Source: an uncultured delta proteobacterium (lineage in GTDB: Bacteria; Myxococcota_A; Polyangia; Polyangiales; JAFGIB01). Taken from it: a stretch of DNA of 64,000 nucleotides. The stretch covers positions 288,001 to 352,000 of the forward strand of contig CAVZVA010000003.1 of the NCBI GenBank assembly GCA_963778655.1, written 5' to 3'. Position 1 is the stretch's first letter. Every line of letters begins with the position of its first letter. Positions 1-10,857 of this stretch are shown in pieces. The position numbers and the translations under genes were made by a program. The notes under the pieces are model-generated. The model saw only the letters and a program-made list of their open reading frames with translations, did no database searches and was not told the origin of the DNA.

Positions 1-2997
1 CTCGGTGTAGGCCTCGAGCCGCTGGGTTTCGGCCTTGCTCAGCGCTCGGCCGGTGTAGACCACCACCGGCGGCATCGCGGCTCCGCGGCGCTCCTGCAGG
101 ATCTGCAAGAGCTCGAGGCCATCCATATCGGGAAGACCAAGGTCGAGAACGATGCAGCTGAAGCACTCACGCTCGAGCGTCTCTAGGGCCTCGCGCGCGG
201 TCGAAACTCTACTCGCCCGCATGTCGTGATCGTCGAGTTGGGCGAGGACAGACTCCGCATCGTCGAGGTCGTCTTCCACGATCAGGATTCGACACGTCTG
301 CTCGCCGGCACGGCGCGCCAGCGACTCGACCACGCGCACCAGCTGCTCGCGTGTGGCTGGCTTGGTCAGGTAGCCGATGGCGCCCATCGACATGCCGCGC
401 TCGGAGGCGTCGACGGCGGAGACGAAGTGCACTGGAATCGATGCGGTGTCCGGATCGCTGCGAAGAGCCTCCATCACCCTCCAGCCGTCGATGTCGGCGA
501 GCCTCACGTCGAGAATGATGCCGTCGGGTCTGCGCTCCCTGGCCAGATGCAATCCCACGGCGCCGCCATGCGCCAACAAGCACCCCAGGCCTTGCTCCTC
601 GATGATCCCGCGCAGCACATCCGCGAAGACCACGTCGTCCTCGATGACTAGCAGCCGCCGTTCGCTCGAAGCCGCGACGCTTCTCACGGAGGCCGGTGCG
701 GCGAGTGCGTGCGCGCCCGCCGCCCCGCCAGCCTGGTCTGCAACTGGCACCGGTGGCTCGTAGGGCAGATAGCAGGTGAACGTGCTCCCCACGCCGGCGG
801 TGCTGCGGACCTGCAGCTCACCGCCGAGCAGCGAGGCAAGCTCTCGGGCAATGGTCAAGCCGAGGCCGGTTCCGCCGTAACGGCGGTTCGGGCTTGCGTC
901 GACCTGCTCGAATGGAACGAATATCCGCTCCTGATGCTCCGCTGAAATGCCGACGCCGCTATCCGAGACGACCAGGGACATCGTGTTCGAGCCGTTGAGA
1001 CCCTCTCTCGAGAAGCGCGCGTCGGGCTCCGGGGTCCCAACGCGCAGCTCGATCCGGCCACGCTCGGTGAACTTCACCGCGTTGCCGAGCAGGTTGTTGA
1101 GTATCTGCTCGGCACGCTGCGCATCGGTGAAAATCGTCGCGGGCAAGCCGGGTTCAACCTCGACCACGAAGTCGAGGCCCTTATCGCGCGCCAGCGGCTC
1201 GAACATCTTGCGCGCGTGTTCCGCGAAATGTTGCGGCGAGACTGGCTCGACCTGCAGCTCCTGCTTGCCGGACTCCACCTTCGCCAAGTCGAGCACCTGG
1301 TTGATCAGCTCCAGCAGGTCTTTGCCGGACCCGTGGATCGTCCTGCAGAACTCCACTTGCTTCTCGGTCAGGTTTCCCGATGTGTTTTCGGCCAGCAGGT
1401 TCGAAAGCAGCAGCAGGCTATTGAGCGGCGTTCGCAGCTCGTGCGACATGTTTGCCAGGAACTGTGTCTTGTACGCGCTCACCCTGCTCAGCTCCACAGC
1501 CTGTTGCTCGAGCCGCTGGCGCGCTTCGCTCAGCTCGGCGTTGTTCCGCTCCAGCGTGTGTCGCTGCTCCTCGAGCTCCGCGGTCTGCCGGCTCAGCTCT
1601 TCGTTGGTGTGCCGTAGCTCTTCCTGTTGCGCTTCCAGCTGTTCGTTGGTGGCGCGCAACTCCTCGTCCTGGCTTGCGAGATGCGCGGCCTGTCGCTGAG
1701 TCTCCGCCAGCAGGTCGCGCAGCGCGGCGCCGGATCGCGCGACTTCGATTTTGGTCGCGAGAGTCTCCCGAATCGCCAGCAAGAGCTCCCCGTGCAGACT
1801 CGACCAGGGCTCGAGGCACGCCAGCTCCAGCACCCCGGTCACGCGGCCGACGTGCATGATGGGCAGCAGCACCAAGGTGCGCGGCGCGGTCTCGCCGAGA
1901 CCAGAGCGAATGCGGAAGTAACCTTCTGGCAGATCGGTGATGACGACGATGTCTTCCTGCCCAGCGGCTTGCCCCACCAGGCCCTCGCCCATGCGGAAGT
2001 GAGCCGCCGCTCCATGTGCTGCGGCCAGCGAGACTGCGGCGTGTTGTCCAAGAAGCTCGAAGCTGCCGTCGTCTCCGAGGTAATACAGCGCCGCGGCGGG
2101 AGCGCGCAGGTAGCCGCACAAGAAGCGCAGGGCACGACCGGCCGCCTCGCTGGGCTGCAGCTCGCCGTCCAGCTCGTGAACCAGGCTCGTGTGGCCGTCC
2201 TTGAGCCAGTCGGCCCTGGCCCGCTCATCGCTCAGGCGCTTCAGATTCTGAGCCATCTGGTTGGCGTGCCGAGCCAACTCCCCAATCTCGTCCCGGCTCG
2301 TGATGTGGATGGAACGGCTGAAGTCGCCATTGCCGAAGCGGCCGAGACCGACCGTCAGCTCATTGAGCGAGCGCAGCACCGTGCGGCTGAAGCCGAGAGT
2401 GAGCGCCAGCACGAGCGCCAGACAGGCCACGCTGACCAGGAGTCGAATTCGCGTGGCGGCTGCTTCCGCGCTCCGAACTGCCACGAATGAGCGCGCGATC
2501 TCGCGCGGGTCGAACACCGCGACGCGGTGGATGGCGTCGACCGCGCGCGCTTGCTTGCTCTGCATCTCCGCCATCGCCTTGACCAGACCTTCGCCGGTCT
2601 CGCCCGCGATCAACCGGTCCGAGACGTCGTGAGCCGCGCCGTAGTAGTCCTCCACGGCGGCTCGTAGTCTGACGGCGTCGCCCTTGGGCACGGCATTCTG
2701 CGCGCGGTCGAGCCGCTCGATCAGGCCGTCCTTGAGCGCACGCGTTGCTGCCAATAGCTCGGTGTCTTGCGCCGCGACCGCGTCTTGGAAGCCACGCCGA
2801 AGCCGCTCGAACTGACCGTCGAGCGCGGGGCCGAGGGTCAGCTTGGGAACGTAGTGCTCTTGGACCACCTCGAGCTGCCGCGCCACTCGCTGCTCGATCA
2901 GCGTGTTGGTGAGCGTGAGCAGCACGAAAGCGAGAGCGGTTGCCCCCACGATGGCCAGAAGCTTGGCGCGGAAGCTCCAACGCACGGCCGACCTCAT
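1..2997 (-). CDS. Hybrid sensor histidine kinase (TM-HAMP-GAF-HisKA-HATPase-REC-REC...), runs off the left window edge
   Basis: Manual minus-strand translation from ATG 2997 (MRSAVRWSFRAKLLAIVG...) gives FLANMSHELRTPLN, NLLGNAVKFT, GGTGLGLTI and receiver motifs LLVIEDD and ILIVEDD; ATGA overlap with the upstream gene. Confidence 0.93.
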   Translation of the reverse strand, partial: MRSAVRWSFRAKLLAIVGATALAFVLLTLTNTLIEQRVARQLEVVQEHYVPKLTLGPALDGQFERLRRGFQDAVAAQDTELLAATRALKDGLIERLDRAQNAVPKGDAVRLRAAVEDYYGAAHDVSDRLIAGETGEGLVKAMAEMQSKQARAVDAIHRVAVFDPREIARSFVAVRSAEAAATRIRLLVSVACLALVLALTLGFSRTVLRSLNELTVGLGRFGNGDFSRSIHITSRDEIGELARHANQMAQNLKRLSDERARADWLKDGHTSLVHELDGELQPSEAAGRALRFLCGYLRAPAAALYYLGDDGSFELLGQHAAVSLAAAHGAAAHFRMGEGLVGQAAGQEDIVVITDLPEGYFRIRSGLGETAPRTLVLLPIMHVGRVTGVLELACLEPWSSLHGELLLAIRETLATKIEVARSGAALRDLLAETQRQAAHLASQDEELRATNEQLEAQQEELRHTNEELSRQTAELEEQRHTLERNNAELSEARQRLEQQAVELSRVSAYKTQFLANMSHELRTPLNSLLLLSNLLAENTSGNLTEKQVEFCRTIHGSGKDLLELINQVLDLAKVESGKQELQVEPVSPQHFAEHARKMFEPLARDKGLDFVVEVEPGLPATIFTDAQRAEQILNNLLGNAVKFTERGRIELRVGTPEPDARFSREGLNGSNTMSLVVSDSGVGISAEHQERIFVPFEQVDASPNRRYGGTGLGLTIARELASLLGGELQVRSTAGVGSTFTCYLPYEPPVPVADQAGGAAGAHALAAPASVRSVAASSERRLLVIEDDVVFADVLRGIIEEQGLGCLLAHGGAVGLHLARERRPDGIILDVRLADIDGWRVMEALRSDPDTASIPVHFVSAVDASERGMSMGAIGYLTKPATREQLVRVVESLARRAGEQTCRILIVEDDLDDAESVLAQLDDHDMRASRVSTAREALETLERECFSCIVLDLGLPDMDGLELLQILQERRGAAMPPVVVYTGRALSKAETQRLEAYTE

Positions 2998-3431
2998 TTC
3001 ACGGCGACGACCTTGCAGTCGTAGATCTCGGTGCCGGTCGAAACGTATCCGATCGCGCCGGGGTGCTTCAGCACGTATTGGACCACCTCCGCCTCGGAAT
3101 CCAGCTCCGGCGGCGGAACGTCACGCCCAGAGAAGATCTGTTGCTGCCAATAGTTGCGCACGGCGCCCACCGAACGCTTGAGCACGTCTTCGGTGAACTT
3201 GCGACGGACTGCCGAATCGCTGCCGAGGTCCACCGGCAAGATGACCCGTCCGTTACTCCAGCGCGTGGCCTTCTTCAGGAAGGCATCTGCGAGGAACATA
3301 CGCTCCACGGCGCCCACGCGATTGTGCGGATCGACGATCACTCGGTACGCTCCAGGAGTCCCCGCGGTCTGCGCGAAAGCCAGTGCGCAGGGCACGACGA
3401 GGGCCAAGGCTACCGCTTGGATCGCTCGCAT
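2994..3431 (-). CDS. Small periplasmic substrate-binding-like protein (phosphate ABC SBP-like family)
   Basis: Signal peptide; YWQQQIFSGRDVPP...VVQYVLKHPGAIGYV pattern. Confidence 0.8.
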   Translation of the reverse strand: MRAIQAVALALVVPCALAFAQTAGTPGAYRVIVDPHNRVGAVERMFLADAFLKKATRWSNGRVILPVDLGSDSAVRRKFTEDVLKRSVGAVRNYWQQQIFSGRDVPPPELDSEAEVVQYVLKHPGAIGYVSTGTEIYDCKVVAVK

Positions 3432-3439
3432 TCGGAGCC

Positions 3440-5015
3440 TCAGAAGTAGGCAGTGGTCTTGACCACGAAGAAACCCCAATCTCGTTGCAGCTGCGCGAGT
3501 GGAACGTTGTCGTTGAGCGCCGAGCTCAGCGCCGCCGTTCCGTGCATGTAGTGGCCCTCGAGCTTGACGAGCCAGTGATCGTTGATGTCGAAGCGTAGGG
3601 TGCCGGCCACGTCGTGCTGCACGTGCTGGCGGCCCGAGCGATCGTCGACGTCGGGGAAGAGCAGCGAGTAGTACACGCCGAGCTGGAACCAATCCGCCAC
3701 GCGGTACGCGAGCATTCCGTAGAGGCGCTCGCTCGTGCTGGAGGCCTTCGCCCCGGGCCCTGGGAACAGGGCTGGCTGATCACTCTTTGAGTCGACGTGC
3801 CAGCGGCTGTACTCGGCGGCCATCAGCAGCGCACCGGCTGAGTACTCGACCGACCCGACCCATAGCAAGGCGGGAAGGTTGACCGAGACATCACCTTTGA
3901 AGCTCGCCGGAAGCTTGCCCATCATCTGCAGAGGGGTCCACACCGCCGGGTCGAACAGCAGATCGCTTTCCAGACGAAGCGCCTGCAGGCTGCCTCCTAG
4001 GCGCAGTCCCGGCAAAGGCGGCTCCCACAGCACGCGGCCTCCCGCAACGTATGGCACCTCGAGGGTCTTGACCTGATAGGGGGCGCCGGGCTCCTGAACC
4101 ACGTCGAGGAAGATGGTCCCGCCATAGAGATGGTAGTCGAGCACTCCGATACCGTGGAGATCGACACGCCCGTAGAGCTCGGCTCCCGTCTGCGCGAGCA
4201 GAAAGTCGCGGTTCGAGATAGGGTAGACCGATTGCGGCAGGAACACGGGTACGCGCCCCGAGTCGACGTCGTTGAGCTCGTTGTAGAGCCCGAAGGGGAC
4301 CTTCACGCGACCGGCGCGGATACCCAGCCAATCTCGCCACCGGTAGTCGAGATAGAACCAGTCGAGCTTGGCGGTGTAGTCGCCCGTTCGTCCGAGCTTG
4401 CGGGAGAAGATTCTGTATTCCGGTCCGTAGATCGCCGGTGAGCTGCTTGGTCAAGTTGACGCCCACCTCGGTCAGCTCGAAGCTGCCGCGCTTCGTGTTG
4501 GCGAGGTAGTTGTTGGCGGTGGTGACCATGATCCCTTGGCTGGCAAAGGCATGGATGGCGACCGGCCACCGGGCGAACCAGCTCGAGGATTCCGAGCTGG
4601 GCTCGGCCGCGGGCGTCGCGGCTTCAGCCGGCGTCGCTGGCTGAACGGCGATGGGCTGAGGCTTGACCGTTGCCGACGCCGGGGGGGCCGCGGCGGCGGG
4701 CGTTGGCTGTGCTTGCGGTGCCACACCTGGCGTGGCCGTCGGGCTCGACGCGGGCGAAGGCGCTTCCGCGGCCGTCGTCGGCTCGGGCGTAACCGCCGCT
4801 GAGCCGGGCGAAGGCGCGACGGGCGGCGCGGTCGCCGGCGCAGGTTTCTCTGCCCGCGACGGCGTGACAGCCGTGACGGGCACCGACGATGGCCCGGGCG
4901 CAGCTTGCGCGTGGCACGCGGCAGCCCAGAGCAGCTCACACGCCATTGCGCCCACTCCGATCGCGTTGCGCAACGTCGTGCGTCCAATCAGATCGGCGTA
5001 TCGCCACGCTCGCAC
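3440..5015 (-). CDS. Porin-like outer-membrane beta-barrel with Pro/Ala-rich N-terminus; one frameshift near 4411
   Basis: ORFs 3891..5015 and 3440..4306 join if one A is removed (GIQIFSRKLG...LDWFYLDYRWRDWLGIRAGRVK); C-terminal KTTAYF; start codon uncertain. Confidence 0.78.
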
Positions 5016-5077
5016 CGCAAGAAGCTTCGTGGAGCACTTGCAACGCTGTCAACGCCCTTGTTGATCGCCGGCAAGAG

Positions 5078-5360
5078 ATGGCTGAAGTGGCTAGACAGGG
5101 CTCGGGGCGACGTGGCTCGGGCACCTCGATAGCGCCGTCGCTTGATCCAGCTCGCGTGAGCGTTGAGCCGCTCAGCGAGCGGTTGGCGGGGATTGCCAGC
5201 GAGGCGTTCTCCGCCGTAGCCGGCGTCACCGCGGTCGATGCCATCGTGATGACTTCCGCCACCCAGGGCGGTGACGTTGTGTTTACCTCGGACCTTCACG
5301 ACCTCGAGCACTTGCGGCGACACTTCCCACAAGCGCGACTGTTCCGCATGTGTAGGCCTG
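5078..5360 (+). pseudogene. PIN-domain protein C-terminal remnant
   Basis: VEPLSERLAGIASEA...VDAIVMTSATQGGDVVFTSDLHDLEHL resembles the second half of a PIN fold. Confidence 0.5.
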
Positions 5361-5523
5361 CGCGACGAACCGGACCGTCCTTATCCCGGACCTTGGCGGG
5401 CCGGGTTAGCGGTTGGCCGCGGGGCCACGGGACGGTGCAGTTGTAAACGCCCGAGCACATGGTCGACAAACGACCGTCTCGCGCCGACGGACGTAACTTC
5501 TACGTCTACTCGGCCAAGGTCGA

Positions 5524-5700
5524 TGCCTTGATGGCACCGTTTTCGGCCGCACTCGTGGCCGTGGTCGCGGCGACGCCGGACGAGGCGCCGCGGCAACTCG
5601 CTGCGGCCAGGCGGATGTGGGCCTGGCTCATCTCACCCAGCGTGCTGGATCTGGCCCGAGCTGCACCCGGCCCAATAGCCCCTTTGAACCGGCTATGCTC
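5524..5700 (+). repeat. 177-bp direct repeat, copy 1
   Basis: Matches 8313-8489 with one visible mismatch. Confidence 0.95.
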
Positions 5701-6084
5701 GCTCAAGACGCTGTCAGTCGGCAAGGCCGCCGGCTACACGATTCGCGAACTGGGACAAGCTCACGCGCTTCGTCGACGATCCGCGCGTGCCGCTGGACAA
5801 CAACCAGACCGAGCGCGGCATCCGCGGTCCGGTTGTCGGGCGCCGCAACCACTTCGGCAGCAAGTGGCGCCGCGGTACCAAGGTCGCCGCCACGCTGTAC
5901 ACGCTCCTCGAGACCGCCAAGCTGCACGGCGTCGACCCCGCCAAGTACCTGCTCACGACCGTGCGCGCGGCCGACCGTGGCGAGGCGCTCATGCCCTGGG
6001 ACTTCGCGGCCCAGGGCTAAGTCGCCCTGCCGGCCCGTGTGCGCCGCGCGATCTTCGCGGCAACGGGGCAGGGCAGACACTTAC
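5701..6084 (+). mobile_element. IS66-family remnant (TnpC C-terminus and right end)
   Basis: PLDNNQTERGIRGPVVGRRNHFGS...LLETAKLHGVDPAKYL; ends in TTAC (reverse complement GTAA, the IS66 terminal motif) at 6081-6084. Confidence 0.85.
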
Positions 6085-6283
6085 ACTCCTCCCGACTCGC
6101 TCGCGACATGACGCCTCCTGTTGGCCGCCAGTGTCGCCACCGAGCGGGGCGCCCAACAGAACGCGGGTCGCCGAACGCATACGGCGCGTGAGTGCGCGAT
6201 CGATAGTTGGCTGGCACACTGCCCGCTCCCCATTCTGCGCAATGGGTCCCTGCGGCGGGATCCTCGTGGCGCCCCGAGCGAAA

Positions 6284-7195
6284 TCAACGTTTCGCGCGAA
6301 TCTTCATGTCGTCGGGACCAACCATGAAGTAGTCGCCGTCCGGGCCAACCCACACGCTCCAGATGAAGTCGCGAGCATTCGCGGCCACCTCCCGCCAGGA
6401 GCGTCCGTCGAAGTGGAGCACCACCCCGCTCCCGGAGTCGCCGGCGCTCAATCCTCCGACCGCAGTTATGTCCGACGGCGAGCGGCCCGAGATACCGAGC
6501 AAGTGGTAGGGCCCCCCGTGATCCACTATCGTCCATGACGCACCATCGTAATGGATGATGACGTATTCGCGATCGCCTTCGCTACCCCCAACCGCATACA
6601 CATCACTCGATGAGCTTCCCCAGACGGCCCTTAGGTCCTCGGAGGTTCCGCTGTCCATGCCGGACCACGTCTCCCCATCGTAGTGCAATACAGTTCCTGA
6701 TGCTCCAACCGCGTAGGCATCCGTTGACGGGCTGACCCACACGCCATATAGATTCGCCGATCCATGTTGCTCCACGGTTGCGGAATCACCACCCAAGTAA
6801 CTCACGATAATACCGTTTTCGCCGACCACGAATACGTTGTCGTTGGAACTGCCGCCAATATCAAAGAACGCGATATCGGTATTGAGCGGAAGTTCCCTCC
6901 ACTTCCCGTTTCGCAGCTGCAGCAGCGCGCGATTGCTTGCCGAAAACACCTCGGACCCAGAAGACCATACGCTCCAAACGTACGAATCTTGGGTCTCGTA
7001 GGACGTTGTCCAGCGGCTACCGTCGTAGTGCCTGATGAAACCCTTGTCCTTACAGCCACATCCGGTTGTGTAACCTGCAACATAGACGTCGTCAGAGCTA
7101 TTCCCGAACACATCGGCATTAACCACAAACGTTGAGTCCGAACATCCGACTAAGGTCGCTACGCAAAGGCAGATGGCCAGAAATCTCAGACCCAT
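6284..7195 (-). CDS. Lipoprotein with repeated beta-propeller blades
   Basis: Lipobox LVGC; repeated 'VWGSSSSDVYAVG...HYDGxxW' units; lower GC than flanks. Confidence 0.8.
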   Translation of the reverse strand: MGLRFLAICLCVATLVGCSDSTFVVNADVFGNSSDDVYVAGYTTGCGCKDKGFIRHYDGSRWTTSYETQDSYVWSVWSSGSEVFSASNRALLQLRNGKWRELPLNTDIAFFDIGGSSNDNVFVVGENGIIVSYLGGDSATVEQHGSANLYGVWVSPSTDAYAVGASGTVLHYDGETWSGMDSGTSEDLRAVWGSSSSDVYAVGGSEGDREYVIIHYDGASWTIVDHGGPYHLLGISGRSPSDITAVGGLSAGDSGSGVVLHFDGRSWREVAANARDFIWSVWVGPDGDYFMVGPDDMKIRAKR

Positions 7196-7637
7196 ATCAT
7201 CGACCTCGATGAGGCGTGCCCCTCCACACAACCACACCGCGGAAGTGTCGGCCACAACGCGCGTCTGTTGTTTTGCCAAGCTTATCACATTGGTCATCGC
7301 TTAGTACCAGACGCGCACTGCGCGGTTTCAGCAGTATTCTCGGACCCCGGCCCGTTGTCTCAAGTACGTTAGCACAAAGGGCCTTCACCCGTTCGCATGA
7401 CCGTCTGCGTTCGGCGAGACTCCCCGCCCGGCTCATGGTCGAACGCTCTTGGCGCAACGAGAACGCAAGTCCCGTCCGGTAACCCATTCTGGCCGGCCGT
7501 TGTACAGTCGTGCGTTGCGCCGCGAAGGCACGCTGAACAGCCCGCTCTTCCATTCCTGCGAACACGGCCGGCCCACGCACCGAAAACATCACTTCTTTAC
7601 AATCACAAGCGAAACGCGATCTCCACGGCCCGCTCAA

Positions 7638-8312
7638 TCACTGCGAACTCTCGTTCGCGCGCGCACCCCCAGCCTTAGGGGCCGCTGGCGCGCCCAGCAA
7701 CATCTCGGCTTCAGGCCACCCACGGTCGGATTCTATGGTCGTCCCCGCCGGCACAATGACCAGTTCAGCAGATCGCATCACTCCGTCGACCGGGTCCACT
7801 GTGCTTCCGGGAGCGCTGCCAGCGATTGTCGAGATCCTTTGCGAAACGCATCCGGCCTGGATCGGTGCATTCGCATCCTTGCGATGGACACCGGCATCAT
7901 AGTAGCCGCATTCAAGACCCTGCTCCATGGTGAGTCCGGCGGGAGAGGAAACCTGTGCCTCGCGGCCTTGAATCTCCGAAATCCCAAGAACGGCCTGATC
8001 TTCATTCGTCGACGAGTACGACGGCCAGTCGTAGCTAAATCCCCATGGGGTTCCATCCATCGTGAAGAATATCGCAACCTTAGAGCCTTGTCCCACTACG
8101 TCCACGCCGTCGACGGTACGAGAGAATATAACGATCGTGCCAACTGTCACCGTAGTTGCAGGCTGTGATCCGTCTGCCGGTTGCGAGCCATCTCGTTCAA
8201 ACAATACCCGGTCCTCGACGAGGGTTTCATTCGGCGCAAGGACGATTAGGTCGCCGAGCGTATTGGCAATAAAGTCCCTTCCCGACGATGCAAGCTGCTC
8301 CGCGGCGGGCTC
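7638..8312 (-). pseudogene. 3' fragment of a hypothetical protein, 5' end cut by the 177-bp repeat
   Basis: Protein-like sequence (FSRTVDGVDVVGQGSKVAIFF...CGYYDAG) begins exactly at the repeat boundary. Confidence 0.55.
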
Positions 8313-8489
8313 TGCCTTGATGGCACCGTTTTCGGCCGCACTCGTGGCCGTGGTCGCGGCGACGCCGGACGAGGCGCCGCGGCAACTCGCTGCAGCCAGG
8401 CGGATGTGGGCCTGGCTCATCTCACCCAGCGTGCTGGATCTGGCCCGAGCTGCACCCGGCCCAATAGCCCCTTTGAACCGGCTATGCTC
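8313..8489 (+). repeat. 177-bp direct repeat, copy 2
   Basis: Matches 5524-5700; ends 14 bp before the response-regulator ATG. Confidence 0.95.
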
Positions 8490-8503
8490 AGCTGGCGCGA
8501 CCC

Positions 8504-9187
8504 ATGCCGAAGATATTGCTCGTAGAAGACACCGTACGCCTGGCTGACTCGATCGTGCGCGGTTTGACCGAGGAAGGGTTCGTCGTCGAGTGGGTTGCCG
8601 ACGGCGGCGCGGCCCTCGCGAGCGCCGCGTCGCGCGATGTGGACGCGCTGGTGTTGGACCTCGGGTTGCCGGACCTCGATGGAACCGAGGTCTTGGCGGC
8701 GCTGCGCGGCGCCGGACACCAGATTCCGATCTTGGTGCTGACCGCGCGCGACGCCGTAGAGTCACGGGTGCAGGCCCTCGAGGCCGGCGCGGACGACTAC
8801 TTGGTCAAGCCCTTCGCGTTCGCAGAGTTGCTTGCGCGCCTCAAGGCGCTGCTGCGCCGTGCGGGTGCGCCGCGCTGGGCGCCGCTGTCATGTGGAAACT
8901 TGCGCCTCGAGTCGGATTCGTCCGCGGTTTCGATAGCCGGGCAAAGCGTGCTCCTGTCGCCGCGCGAACGGAGCTTGCTCGAGTTGTTGTTGCGCAGACA
9001 GGGTGAGACGGTGACGCGCCCCGAGATCCACCGCGAAGTGTTCGGGTACGACTTCGACCCGGGTACGAACGTGGTGGATGTTCACGTCGCGCACCTGCGG
9101 CGCAAGCTGAAGACCAGCAGCGCACGCCTCGAAACGATGCGCGGGCAGGGCTTTCGCTTGCAGCTCGGAGCGGCGAGCGATGAGTGA
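8504..9187 (+). CDS. OmpR-family response regulator
   Basis: ILLVED, LDLGLP, GADDYLVKPF, VDVHVAHLRRKL. Confidence 0.95.
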   Translation: MPKILLVEDTVRLADSIVRGLTEEGFVVEWVADGGAALASAASRDVDALVLDLGLPDLDGTEVLAALRGAGHQIPILVLTARDAVESRVQALEAGADDYLVKPFAFAELLARLKALLRRAGAPRWAPLSCGNLRLESDSSAVSIAGQSVLLSPRERSLLELLLRRQGETVTRPEIHREVFGYDFDPGTNVVDVHVAHLRRKLKTSSARLETMRGQGFRLQLGAASDE

Positions 9188-10301
9188 TCTCGGTAAGTCG
9201 CCACTCCGCCGCTCGCTGCGTGGGAGGCTCGCCTGGTGGATGCTTTCCTCCACGCTCTTCACGTTGGCGGTGTTCGCAGCCATTGCATACAGCCAAGTCG
9301 TGCTGGAATCCCGTGAGCCGCTCGGCGACGACCAGGGCGAAGCGGCCGGTCCCGTCCAAGACGCCAGCGAGCAAGTGTTTCACGCCATGCTGCTGGCGGC
9401 GCCGCTGTGTCTGGTGCTCTCGGTCGGCGGTGCGCTCTGGTTGAGCCGGCGTGCGCTCTCTCCGCTCACACGGGTGATCTCCGACGCGTCCGCGATGAGT
9501 CCGCGCGACCTGAAGAAGCGTCTTGCCGTGCCGGAGCACAACGACGAGCTACGCGATCTGGTGCTCGCACTCAACGGGCTGCTTGGCAGGCTCGACCAGG
9601 GCTTTCAGGCGCTCTCTAGCTACGCCGCAGCGGCATCGCACGAGCTGCGTACGCCCCTGGCCGTGATCGCAACCGAGCTGGAGGTTGCGTTGCGGCGCCC
9701 GCGCTCGCCAGAGGAGTGGCAATGCATCGCGGCGACATCGCTGGACGAAGCACGGCGCCTCGCCAAGCTCGTCGAGGCTCTGCTCGATCTCGCGCGGGCG
9801 GACGTGCCGTCGCAGGAGCCGCTGGAACGCGTGGACCTGTCCGAGTTGGTGGACCGAGCGCTGGCGGTTCAGGCACCGCGCGATCTCGAGCGCGTGCAGG
9901 GCGTGGGCGAGCACGCAGCAGTCTGGGTGAACGCGCGACCCGTGTTGTTGCTGAACGCGATTCAAGAGTTGGTGCGCAACGGCCTTCGCTACTCGCCAGC
10001 CCCGGGTGGGGTTCGCGTCACGATCGAGCGCACGGGTGTGTCTCGGGTTGCGCTGCACGTCGACGACTGCGGGCCGGGCGTCGAGCCGTCCGAACAGCTG
10101 GCGATCTTCGAGCCGTTCGTGCGCGGTCAGCAGGGCCGCGCTGCCGACCGGGACATCCCGGAAGGGCAGCGCGGCCTCGGGCTTGGCCTGGCGATGGTCA
10201 AACGCAGCGTCGAGAGTTGCGCTGGAAGCGTCCGCGTCGGTCGGGCGCCGACGGGTGGCGCGCGCTTTACGTTGCAACTAACGGCTGCCGAGTCCGAGTG
10301 A
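9180..10301 (+). CDS. HAMP-domain sensor histidine kinase
   Basis: Two TM segments, ASHELRTPL, DDCGPG, GLGLGL. Confidence 0.93.
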   Translation: MSDLGKSPLRRSLRGRLAWWMLSSTLFTLAVFAAIAYSQVVLESREPLGDDQGEAAGPVQDASEQVFHAMLLAAPLCLVLSVGGALWLSRRALSPLTRVISDASAMSPRDLKKRLAVPEHNDELRDLVLALNGLLGRLDQGFQALSSYAAAASHELRTPLAVIATELEVALRRPRSPEEWQCIAATSLDEARRLAKLVEALLDLARADVPSQEPLERVDLSELVDRALAVQAPRDLERVQGVGEHAAVWVNARPVLLLNAIQELVRNGLRYSPAPGGVRVTIERTGVSRVALHVDDCGPGVEPSEQLAIFEPFVRGQQGRAADRDIPEGQRGLGLGLAMVKRSVESCAGSVRVGRAPTGGARFTLQLTAAESE

Positions 10302-10314
10302 GTCGGATTTCCGC

Positions 10315-10626
10315 TCAATCCTTCTCCGTGTGCACGTCGACGATGACGCCGCTGTCGGCATCCACGTTGACCTCCTCGATCAACTTGCCCTTCTCGCCCT
10401 GCGGGCGGATCTCGAACGAATAGATCCAGCGGCCGCGCTCGTGCTCCAGCTCCTCGTCGACGACCGTGCCGGGCGCGCGCGCAAGCGCCGTGGCGCGGGC
10501 GTCGCTGAGGGCGATCTTGGCCTGATGAGTCTGGTGATCGCGCGCCAGCGCGGCGTTTGGACCGAAGCCGGTCGCGAGGCAGCAGGTGGCCAGCGCGACC
10601 GCGAATGAGGCAGAGACGTGTTTCAT
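10315..10626 (-). CDS. PepSY-domain secreted protein
   Basis: Signal peptide; GTVVDEELEHERGRWIYSFEI...EVNVDADSGVI. Confidence 0.85.
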   Translation of the reverse strand: MKHVSASFAVALATCCLATGFGPNAALARDHQTHQAKIALSDARATALARAPGTVVDEELEHERGRWIYSFEIRPQGEKGKLIEEVNVDADSGVIVDVHTEKD

Positions 10627-10857
10627 AGGGGCGTTCTCCTGGCGCCGAGGGTGGCGCATGTCTATCAGTCTGGGTCTCGCCGGCGCCCCTGCACGTTAAG
10701 AGATCATGAAGACGCCGTGCTTCCGGACACCTCTACCAGCTCGAACGCGAGGGCGCGCAGCCTGCTAGGCTTGCTGTTCAAGGCCCGTCTTGAACGGTAA
10801 TCAAGAGCGTGGTAGCTGCGATCCGCGTGCTGCGGAGTTGGCGCAGGTGACGGAATC

